A DNA stretch of 64,000 bases, from NCBI RefSeq assembly GCF_006345805.1, contig NC_043008.1, forward strand, positions 64,232,001 to 64,296,000. The letters run 5' to 3'. Below are positions 53,632 to 64,000 of this stretch, one piece after another. Positions within the stretch are counted from its first letter, which is position 1. Each line of letters opens with the position of its first letter. The notes under the pieces are model-generated. The model was not told the DNA's origin and did not search any database. It saw only the letters and a program-made list of their open reading frames with translations. Both the position numbers and the translations under genes were made by a program. The stretch is from Octopus sinensis (taxonomy: Eukaryota).

Positions 53632-54050
53632 TATTTCTTTATTGCCCACAAGGGGCTACACACAGAGGGGACAAACAAGGACAGACAAACGGATTAAGTC
53701 AATTCTATCGACCCCATTGTGTAACTGGTACTTATTTAATCGACTCCAAAAGAATGAAAGGCAAAGTTGACCTCGGCAGAATTTGAACTCAGAACGTAGT
53801 GGCAGACGAAATACCTATTTCTTTATTACCCACAAGGGGCTAAGCATAGAAGGGACAAACAAGGACATACATAGGTATTAAGTCGATTACATCGACCCCA
53901 GTGCGTAACTGGTACTTAATTTATCGACCCCTAAAGGATGAAAGGTAAAGTCGACCTTGGCGGAATTTGAACTCACAACGTAATGGCAGACGAAATACCG
54001 CAAGGCATTCCGCTCGGCATGCTAATGTTTCTGCCAGCTCGCCGCCTTCT
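53632..54050 (-). mobile_element. SINE family B dimer with TSD
   Basis: 10-bp TSD GATAGCTTCT at 53622-53631 and 54051-54060. Confidence 0.9.
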
Positions 54051-54339
54051 GATAGCTTCTGACACCTAGGTTACCCGGGTAACCGATCTAGCAGTGTGAG
54101 TGGATGCTTCAAAACCGTAAGTAACTTGAGTAAGAATGAAATAGAAAAGCTTCTGGGAGCCGTTACCTATGCTAAGAAAAAAGTTTCTGTCTCTGAGTAA
54201 AGAGCAGATTATTCAAAGCTTGTGTACAAAGTTTGATGTTTTAGGATAGTGAAACATCAAATATTGAGTATGAACTAAAGCAGGAAAGAAATCAACAAAC
54301 ATGCTCTGCTGGATATGAAATGCTGACTATACGCATGCT

Positions 54340-54670
54340 TGTGTGTGTGTATGTATGTATGTATGTATGTATGTATATGTGTGTACGTATATATGTATGT
54401 ATGTATTTATGTATGTATGTATGTATGTATGTATACATGTATGTATGCATGTATGTATGCATGTATGTATATGTATGTACGTATATATGTATGTGTGTAT
54501 ATATGTGTGTATGTATGTATGTCTGTATGTATATAACTTTGTATGTATGTATGCGCATGTATGTATATGTGTGTATGTATGAATGAATGTATGTATGTAT
54601 GTATGTACATATGCTTGTATGTATGTATGTATGTATGTATGTATGTATGTGTGTACGTATGCTTGTATAC
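54340..54670. repeat. (TATG)n microsatellite
   Basis: Direct inspection. Confidence 0.95.
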
Positions 54671-54803
54671 ACACTTAACAGCATATATTAACTACACAGG
54701 AATGACTGGCACATTTATGGATGTACAAAATAGCCATATATATTCCTTTGACACATTTAACAATATTGTGCTGCATACAAAGTGAATTTTGTACATCACC
54801 ATG

Positions 54804-54843
<40 letters not shown>

Positions 54844-55224
54844 TCTCTCTCTCCATCTCTCTCTCTCCATCTCTCTCTCTCCATCTCTTGCATCAGAATG
54901 ACAGCGTGTATGTGAACAGAAAGAACATTTTAGTATTAGAAAAATCCCATACTGTGTGCAGAAGAGAAGCAACTGTGCTGGTGTAGACATGAGAGCACTA
55001 AGGAGCCTGACTGATGGGTAAAGAATTGGCAAGTGATTCGTGTAAATGGATCCTACAGGAAAGAAAAAAGCCAAAGAAGAAAAGGGTAGAACGTGTGAAG
55101 GCTGAACCCAAGTGTTAGAACTGAATGAAAGAGATGACACAGGACTTCAACAAGAAGCATTGCTCTGCACTGGTAAAGACCATTCCGACTCATGCAAGTA
55201 TGGAAAAAAAAAGGATGTAAAAAT

Positions 55225-55238
55225 GACGAAGATGATGT

Positions 55239-55269
<31 letters not shown>

Positions 55270-55458
55270 GGTGGTGGTGGTGGTTGTGGTGGTGGTGGTA
55301 ATGGTGGTTTGTGGTGGTGGTGGTGGTGGTGATGATGATGATGATGATGATGTGGTGGTGGTGGTGGTGGTGGTGGTGGTGGTGGTGGTGGTGGTGGTGG
55401 TGGTGGTAGTGGTGGTTTGTGGTGGTGGTGATGATGATGGTGGTGGTGGTGGTGGTGG

Positions 55459-55489
<31 letters not shown>

Positions 55490-55490
55490 A
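55225..55490. repeat. compound (GAT)n/(GGT)n microsatellite
   Basis: Direct inspection; internal GTGGTTTGTGGTGGTGGT unit duplicated. Confidence 0.95.
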
Positions 55491-55943
55491 GAGAAAAAAA
55501 TTGCTGATAAAACACAGGACCATAGTGACTGTCATACAAACCATATTCTCGTTATTATATTTCACTATTTTACATATTCTGATAAATACAGAAGCCACAG
55601 GTGATGTACAAAATTTTAACAACGCTATAGAAATCTCTCAACATATTTTCTACTATTAAATTTATGAATATTTGAAATCAACAAAATGCTAGAAGGTGTC
55701 AACAATGTCAATGACCTACAATTTTATTTACAACAAAAGCGACTGAAATTTTCACTCAAGGAAAGGTTTCTTTCACTCCCATCATTTAGTCTTTTATTCT
55801 TTTCTCACCACATTCTTATCTCTGACTCTCCATACCCTTCCCCCTCTCTTTTTTCTTTTGTGTGTCTGTATATATGTATGTATATATGTGTGCTAGTATG
55901 TATATCATACACAAAGCACATATGCATGTATATATATATGTAT

Positions 55944-56154
55944 GATTTTTCTTTGAGTTTTACTTATGTTTTTCGTGAAAGAGTTCAAGCTGGTTACTAA
56001 CTAACCAAGTGGCAAGACTTCTTGAATTGAGAGTATTCCCAGCATTAGTAAATTTGATTGAGTTAATGTGTTGGTTAAGCTGTCGATGCATACACCCAAG
56101 TGTGTGCATCTATTCACCTAAGAATGTCAAATAGCATTTCTTACAAATCTTGAT
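55944..56154 (-). mobile_element. R4/Dong-like family B 3' UTR fragment
   Basis: Homologous to 19907-20130; abuts TATG repeats. Confidence 0.7.
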
Positions 56155-56170
56155 TGTGTGTCTATGTATG

Positions 56171-57237
56171 TCATTATTCAGTTTTATGTCAAGATTTCTT
56201 ACCAATAAAGAACAAGCTGGTTTCTAACCTAGAACTTAGGTTCCTCCATTGGAATTTCAACAAAGTCTGTTTGTATGTATGTATGTATGTATGTATGTAT
56301 GTATGTATGTATGTATGTATGTATGTATTTATGTATGTATGTATGTATGTATGTATTTATGTATGTATGTATGTATGTATGAATGTATGTTTGTATGTTT
56401 GTATGTATGTATGTATGTATGTATGTATGTTTGTATGTATGTATGTATGTATGTAGTATGTATGTATGTATGTATGTTTGTATGTATGTATGTATGTATG
56501 TATGTATTATGTATGTTTGTATGTATGTATGTATGTAGTATGTATGTATGTATGTATGTTTGTATGTATTATGTATGTATGTATGTATGTATGTATGTAT
56601 GTATGTATGTGTATGTATGTTTGTATGTATGTATGTATTGTATGTATGTTGTATGTATGTATGTATGTTATGTATGTATGTATGTATGTAGTATGTTGTA
56701 TGTATGTATGCATGTATGTATGTATGTATGTATGTATGTATGTTTGTATGTATGTATGTATGTGTATGTGCACATTTGTATGTTTTGTTTTATGTATGTC
56801 TTCTAATGTATATACTTGCATATCTAGACACGCTCATATATATTTAAATGATAAACTTCTGGAAGGTTTCACAGATTCTTACAGTTCCAATGACTGGATC
56901 TGCAGTCTTTGAATCAGCTTTCTTCTTTCTGGTTTTGAAAAGCCTAATTTCTCAAGATTGGTATTTAGGCAGCGTGTTACATATCTCAGGGTCCCCATAA
57001 TTACAGGTATAAAACTGAACTCTGGATAAAGTAGCTGTAGATTCTTCAATCTTTTTGCTGATCTTTAGCTATATGTTAACATCCCACTGGACAGCTGATT
57101 TCCACAACTGTACATAGTTTCTCTTCTCTATCTCAAATTACTATGTCTGGTCTATTATGTTTACATTTTATTAAGGTTTTCACTGGGACATTCCACCAGT
57201 ACTCCCTTCTATAATGAGTGACTATGGGCTCTACCAT
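56171..57237 (-). mobile_element. R4/Dong-like family A 3' part with an expanded (TATG)n in the 3' UTR
   Basis: EYWWNVPVKTLIKCKHNRPDIVI; 3' end TCATTATTC(A/G)GTTT same as at 20581. Confidence 0.85.
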
Positions 57238-57256
57238 ATGTATGTATGTAGGTAGA

Positions 57257-58640
57257 TAAGTGGCTTTAGTCACAGAATCAACATATGCAATATTCTCAAT
57301 GATTCTAAGATACTTGTTGTTGTCATCATCTGAGGTTGGATGATATAGAAAAACCATTGATGTACATGTTCTCTGTCTGGTCAACAATCTTTCCTTGTAT
57401 GAGCATTTATCTTGTCCAAACTCACTCCATTCCTATGTCTCATGAGAATGTTATGACTAGTTTGAACTGTGTCTTGATTTCATTCAATTTAACAGAATAA
57501 AACATTAGGTCATCAAGAAAAAATGTGTGAGGGACATTAATTTTAATTTTGAGTGGCTGTGTGGTAAGTAGCTTGCTAATCAACCACATGGTTCTGGGTT
57601 CAGTCCCACTGTGTGGTACCTTGGGCAAGTGTCTTCTGCTATAGCCCCAGGCCAACCAATGCCTTGTGAGTGGATTTGGTAGACAGAAACTGAAAGAATC
57701 CTGTCGTATATATGTATATATATGTATATGTGTGTGTGTGGTGTGTTTGTGTGTCTGTGTTTGTCTCCCCAGCATTGCTTGACAACCGATGCTGGTGTGT
57801 TTACGTCCCCGTAACTTTGCGGTTTGGCAAAAGAAACCGATAGAATAAGTACTAGGCTTACAAAGAATAAGTCCCAGGGTCGATTTGCTTGACTAAAGGC
57901 AGTGCTCCAGCATGGCCGCAGTCAAATGACTGAAACAAGTAAAAAGAGAAAAAGAGTATATCCCAGCATGTCACCTTGGCATTTCATAAGCAGATCTGAT
58001 AAGGAGTTCCCTGCCTGCACAGACGATATTACAGATAAATAATAACCCTGTAATATATCAATTCACAGCCTAATCTTTTTTTTAACAATAAGGTGCTGCT
58101 TTAGTAATTGTCACTAATAATTGTGTGGTCAGTCTTTCAATGGTATTCACTATAGCAGTAGACACTTTGGCAGGTTTAATGATTCTATCAGCTGTGAATG
58201 AGAGACAGAGTCGAACAACTTCTTGTAGTCTAGCCATATTATTAAGAGATTATGGTAGGACCATAGAACTATCGCCCAGTCTACTATATCTAGCTCAGTG
58301 TCAATTGTTTTTTAAAAGGGCCACAAGAATTTCCCTGTAGAATGGGAGTTTTTGTACTAGTAGCTTACTAACAAGTCTCTCCCATGTGATTTTCCATTTA
58401 GCAATTTCATAAGAATCATGAAGAGGATTTCAGTGTGGTGTTATATATTTGGAAGATGCATTTGTACAGCACTCACTTCAAAGTTCATTTAACCATGCTG
58501 CATCACAATGTATTCTTTGTTTACATCCCAGATTCCCTGCTAGAATCACCCTCAGTTCTCCTAGGGAGGAGCATCTACTACTTTGATGAGGACATGGTCT
58601 TTCATACTATGGCAAACAATTTGTGATTTATCATTTTGTG
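57257..58640 (-). pseudogene. degenerate reverse transcriptase of an R4/Dong-like element, split by a SINE
   Basis: IWLDYKKLFDSVSHSQLIESL (~58260-58200), HTFFLDDLMFY (~57530-57500), KYLRIIE; SINE A at 57551-57956 lies between them. Confidence 0.75.
57551..57956 (+). mobile_element. SINE family A nested in the RT relic
   Basis: Complete copy. Confidence 0.9.
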
Positions 58641-58985
58641 TTCAAGTAATTTTTACAGTAATGTATATTTGTACGTACATACATATTCTAGGAATATGTG
58701 TATATAATAATGATAATAGTTCTTTCTGCTATAAGCATAATGCCTGAAATTTGGTTAGGGAGAGAGCTAGTTGATCACACTGACTCCAGTGCTTGACTGC
58801 TACTTATTTTATCAACCCCAAAAGAATGAAAGGGAAAGTGAACCTTGGCAAAATTTGACCACAAAACAGAAGAAATCTCACAAGGGATACTGTTTGGCAC
58901 AGCTATAAATACAGAAACATATTCGTTTGTAAAAACACACACACACACACACATATATGCAGGTATGCATATTCTTTTAATCTTT

Positions 58986-59389
58986 TTCTTTTACTTGTTT
59001 CAGTCATTTGACTGCAGCCGTGCAGGAGCACCGCCTTTAGTTGAGAAAATTAACCCCAGGATTTATTCTTTGTAAGCCTAGTTCTTCTTCTATTGGTTTC
59101 TTTTACTGAACTGCTAATTTACGGGAACTTAAGCACACCATCATCGGTTGTCAAGTGATGTTGGAGGCACAAACACAGACACACAAACACACATACATAA
59201 ACACATAAACACACATATACATATATACGACAGGCTTCTTTCAGTTTCTGTCTACCAAGTCCACTCAAAGCTTTGGTTGGCCTGAGGCTATAGTAGAAGA
59301 TACTTACCCAAGGCATGCTACAGTGGGATTGAACCCAGAACCATGTGGTTGGTAAGCAAGATACTTACCACACAGCCACTCTTGCACCT
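58986..59389 (-). mobile_element. SINE family A
   Basis: Complete copy. Confidence 0.88.
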
Positions 59390-60356
59390 ATGTATATATG
59401 CCAAAAATGACATGGAAATTCATAAAGTTAATTAAGTAAAACACATTGTAAAGACAAAGCATAGAAATACAAAACAAAATAATCAAAATCAAAGCATGTA
59501 GTGTATATATACAATGAGAATAAGCTTAATGAAAAGAAGCAGAATGATATAGTGTTTTGAGTGATATCCTTTACCAAAGAAAATTAAAAATATTAAGAGA
59601 AGGAGAAAATAATCAAGAATGATATGAAATATCCAGCAGCTATTTACATTTACAATGAATTTGCTCCTTAGTTTCTCTTAACAATACCTATATTTATAAC
59701 AATAGGTGTAAGCAGATGGATTGAAAAACTACCCTTTGGAATTCCTGTAAATATACATCGTTAAGAAATCAGATACCAATTATTCAGGTATGTATGTTTG
59801 TATGTTAGTTATTTCACCGTAGCTATAAAAGTAAATGTGTAGCATTTTTCATTTATCACTCTGCAATTAGAGTGATGCGTATAAACCTGTGTTCACGTAA
59901 TACAAAAGAATGCTGTAACAGAATATGGTAGCTGTTTGATCTGATTCAGGTGTTATTGACTGTGCAAAGTCTTTTCAGGTGAAATACGCCTCAAATATCT
60001 TGCTGTCCTTTTGAAATTGGATCTACTATGATCCCCATGAATTCACGTTGTTAGGTAATTAAAGACAGCAATCATGCCACACACTGTCCAAAATTAAATC
60101 CACTGTAAATTCCTTAGAAATTCACTCAATAAGGGTTTTACGACAAGCTCTGTGTGTGTGTATGTGCTCTATTCAGCTTGTTTTAGAGAGGTATATTGAA
60201 TAATAGATAGCTGTTTCTATGGATCCCTATCAACGCATTTAGTTAATAGTGGATTCATTTTAAATACTCAGCTTTCATCCAATGTTAACAATAAGAAGGT
60301 AAAAGTGAATGTAAGTGGCATGTTTAAAACTGAGACCAGCAATAATGGAGAATGTA

Positions 60357-60880
60357 TTGGGTTGTTCGGAAAGTTTGTGCCAATTTATAGTAGCTTACCT
60401 TTCAACTTATTTTAGAACATGGTTGAATTCATGAAATAGGATTTGACTACACCTCCATTTAGAGCACAGTTTAAGAAGGTTTATGTTCCTATAACCTGTG
60501 TTAATTTTGTAATCCTTTAAAATGGAAGGTAAGACAGTTCATTTTCAGCATTTGATGCTATGGGAACCAGACAAAAATTGCTGCAGCTCGGCTGGGATGT
60601 GTTACCTCACCCTTCATGTTCACCAGATATTGCTCCTTCAGATTTCCACTTATTCAGGTAATGCAGAATAATCTTAATGGTAAAAATTTTAATTCCTTGG
60701 ATGACGTAAAGATATGTTGATGAATTCTTTGGGAAGAGGGTATTTTCAAGTAAAAGGAAAGATGGAGACGGATTGTGCAACAAAATGGTTCATATTTGGT
60801 TGATTAAAAATGTAATGGCAAGTATTTATTGACCTTTTTCTTTCCTTTAAAAGTTGGCACAAACTTTCCAGACAACCCAA
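60357..60880 (+). mobile_element. internally deleted mariner transposon
   Basis: TIRs TTGGGTTGTTCGGAAAGTTTGTGCCAA / TTGGCACAAACTTTCCAGACAACCCAA with TA TSD; MEGKTVHFQHLML fused to RQKLLQLGWDVLPHPSCSPDIAPSDFHLFR. Confidence 0.92.
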
Positions 60881-61149
60881 TATAAATCTAACTTGGTGTT
60901 CCTTGGCATGCTGCAATGAATAAATGACAGAAAATAAATTTCAAAAGTAGATAGTAAGAAAATAGTACACACAAATAAAAGGTTATTAGTAAATAAATAA
61001 GGGAAATAGAGGTAAGTACACCCCCTTGACAATACATCACATAGAATGGTACCTGAGTTTCATTTTTTAAATGTTTTGAAACACTCTGAAACAATTGCAG
61101 CATTACCACAATTTATTGCCAGGCTGAGGTACTATAACTACCAGGTACC

Positions 61150-62090
61150 TCCCTGAGTATTATTTGATATATCAGTGAGCTGGGATGTTGTCAAGGTCAA
61201 AAACTTCTTTGTCAGCTGTTAAGCATCTTCCAACATGTCAAAAGCAAAAGGATGAAAAATGCTATTTACCAATTGATCGAAATATTTCCAGAGCCTTATT
61301 TCATTTAGTTATGGATGCAATAATCCCAATGCTGCTACAGCATTGAGGATGTGTGATAAGGCAAATGAGTCGTTAATGGCAACATCCCATAAAATGAAAT
61401 CAGCTTCTAGCGTAAAGGTAGTGAAATCCATAAATCTTGCTGTCTTCCTTGGACATTCCCATTGATTCCATAATCGAGCCATTGAGTTATCATTTATCCT
61501 TATTAGTGCTTGTTTAATGATGAAGTTTATCTCATTGTGGTAACCAAAGCTACCTGAAGTCAAGTTAACAGGACAATATATGTACACTTCTAGAATCATA
61601 GGTCTTGCCACAAGGATATTACATCCCCCCCTCACACACACACATCAGCTTCAACTCTGAAGATGATGGAAATGTGGAATATATCTGAGTTAAGTAAACT
61701 ACCAACAAACAATGTGCCACAAACAATGTGTTACACCAATTTTCAGAAAATTGGCATTCACAGAAAATAGGCGGCACCTTGAAATTTAATTAGATTGATC
61801 AGAAAGAGAGTCAAAAATATGTTTTGACTGTCCCGAGCTCTCTGATACAATTTCTCTGCTCTGGAACTAACAATCCAAGACTCTGCTGCATCCACCTCTA
61901 TATTGGATGTAACCCAGATTGGAAAATATAAAATGTCACCTACAAAAGAAGAAGAAGCAGAAATAGAAGAAAGGAAGCAAGGGAGATGGATAGAGATGAA
62001 CATCCTCTTACACCCAGACCACCATTGAATGCTTTTCAGCAATACTGACTGGGCAAAGGATACAGTGCTTAGCTTAAAATTGACCAAGCT
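61150..62090 (-). pseudogene. CRE-clade RLE non-LTR retrotransposon, degenerate 3' half
   Basis: SIHLPCFLSSISASSSFVGDIL; FRVEADVCV..CGKTYDSRSVHILSC..GYHNEINFIIKQAL (CCHC); LWDVAINDSFALSHI; IFHPFAFD.L. Confidence 0.7.
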
Positions 62091-63240
62091 TTCAAATTTC
62101 TTTTGATTATCAATGAGTTGTAAAGATGGTAAGAATCTGAATTTGATTGAAAATTCTTAAGAATAGAAACACTGTGTTAAGGATCAATTACATTGAGTAA
62201 TTGTTTGAGCTTTAGATTCTTAGAAAGAAAGAAATGAGGGGAAAGAAGAAAGTAGATACTTAAAAATACTTATATCATCACACACACCACCTCCACCAAT
62301 TCCTGTAACAACTTTACGATTTTTCATTTTTTCATTTTTTATTTTTTTCAAAACAGACTGTGGAAATTAATGTTTACAATATTTACAATATCAGAGTCTT
62401 ATTGTGTGCAGAAATAAAATTTTCAAAGTAAAAAACACGAAAAAAATTGCTTTTCCTGCTCCTTTCCATTGACAATATACATCACACTTCACTACTTCTG
62501 CCGTTTACAATAAGCAGTGGAAATTATTGGAACGAAGTGTTATTCATACATAATCCCCTTCACAGTTAAACAGTTATGACAACAACCATCATTTCTGAAT
62601 TTCTGACTCCCAAAATACTGTGACACAGTAATTGTTATTCCAGTGTCAATAACTGCTACAGAAGACAGTTATAAAATTGTAAAAAAAACTGTTACCATCA
62701 TAAACCGACGCACATACACTCCATCCTTCCCTCCTCTCTCTCTCTCACTAACTATTTCTAGAAAGTGATGGGGGAAGGATATAATTTTAAGACAAAAGAG
62801 TAAAATTTCCCGATAGGAATATAGAAATATCGAAAAGCTCAATTTAAAACATTGCCAGTTTATATGTCAAGATGAGTGTTATGAATACTTTCCCTGTGAG
62901 ATGCCGAATAAAACTATAAATGCTTTTTCAAGCATTCGTTTTGTAGTTCCTGAATAAACTATGCATACACATATATACAAATATATGTATATATATATAT
63001 ATATATATATACAAATAACTTGCATTTTTACAAGTACACAAACACCAATGTACTTATATATTGTAAAGGTGACAAAAAATACAAAACAAAGACATGATAA
63101 AAAGATAAGCTAAGAGTTAGTATCAGTTTGCAACTGAGGAAATGGAAGCGGGGAGAAAGAAATGTCTTCAATGTTTTCTGAAAGGTAGACCAGAGATGAA
63201 GGGAATAGAGTAGAGAATGGAATATATAATATAATATTAT

Positions 63241-63630
63241 ATTCTTTTATTCTTTTACTTGTTTCAGTCATTTGACTGTGGCCATGTTGGAGCACTGCCT
63301 TTAGTCGAGTAAATCGACCCCAGGACTTATTCTCTGTAAGCCTAGTACTTCGTCTATTGGTCTCTTTTGCTGAACCACTACGTTACAGGGATGTAAACAC
63401 ATCAGCATCAGTTGTCAAGTGATGTTGGGGGGGGGGACTAACACAGACACACAAACATATACATACACATACATATATACAACAGGCTTCTTTCAGTTTC
63501 TGTCTGCCAAATCCACTCACAAGGCTTTGGTCAGCTTGAGGCTATAACAGAAGACACTTGCCCAAGGGACTGAACCTGGAACCATGTGGTTGGTAAGCAA
63601 GCTACTTACCACATAGCCACTCCTACACCT
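63241..63630 (-). mobile_element. SINE family A
   Basis: Head-to-tail match with a small deletion; extra head fragment at ~63840-63920. Confidence 0.88.
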
Positions 63631-64000
63631 AATAAGGGTTTTTAAACACAAAGTCTTTATAGAGCAATTGGTAGACCATCATGCTGTCATGAGAAACAGT
63701 TGCTGAGAATCAATCACTTAATCCAACCAAAATATCTAAATTCAGTATTCAAGGTATAAATGTAAATGACTGTTTTTATTGCAGTTAGTTGGTTACCAAC
63801 ACTTCAGCTGCTGTATATACCATATTGCACCTGATTTAGAAGGTGCCATGCAGTGGGACTGAACCTGGAACCATGTGGTTGGTAAGCAAGCTACTTACCA
63901 CACAGTCGCTCCTGCGCCTATATATACATATATATTTATGCACACTAAATATTTTTTATGGGATATACCCAAATATCTTAGTACTACTGTATTCATAAAG

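Noticed and set aside
54069-54084. Perfect 16-bp palindrome GGTTACCCGGGTAACC
   Set aside because: Single isolated occurrence with no supporting context
55053-55622. 189-aa poly-His/Pro ORF and overlapping poly-V/T/D ORFs
   Set aside because: Translation of a compound trinucleotide microsatellite that is open in several frames on both strands
56154-56912. Long MYVC-repeat ORFs (also at 20.5-20.9, 54.3-54.7 and 10-13.8 kb)
   Set aside because: (TATG)n and TG-rich repeats lack stop codons; no coding signal
58401-58626. Plus-strand open frame with a good acceptor that looks like an exon
   Set aside because: It is antisense to the degenerate R4-like RT region
59670-60052. Exon-like segments with a single in-frame stop (also ~50670, ~24430, ~52790), suggesting a pseudogene or stop-to-Trp editing
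   Set aside because: In ~70% AT sequence, 30-codon frames with one stop are expected by chance; no protein family recognised
1-64000. True tRNA genes, rRNA genes or CRISPR arrays
   Set aside because: tRNA-like segments are SINE heads without a complete cloverleaf; no rRNA motifs or repeat-spacer arrays seen

Overview
AT-rich, microsatellite-dense eukaryotic DNA. The SINE families, transposon mix and repeat density suggest an octopus (Octopodidae) genome; this is inferred, not database-checked. I could not confidently identify a host protein-coding gene. Almost all ORFs in the track are microsatellite or antisense-transposon artefacts, and only weak candidate spliced exons remain. The window holds many tRNA-derived SINEs (families here labelled A, B, C), RTE and RTE-X LINE 3' ends, two R4/Dong-like RLE retrotransposon families sitting in (CATA)n tracts, a decayed CRE-clade element, and mariner, Tc1 and piggyBac-type DNA transposon relics. 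The most interesting signal is at least four distinct short repeat families carrying minimal type-I hammerhead ribozyme (HHR) motifs. The best case is a near-identical ~556-bp tandem repeat (925-1866) with an intact HHR core in each unit on the minus strand, resembling Penelope-like pseudo-LTRs or retrozymes. Coordinates of degenerate element ends are approximate.
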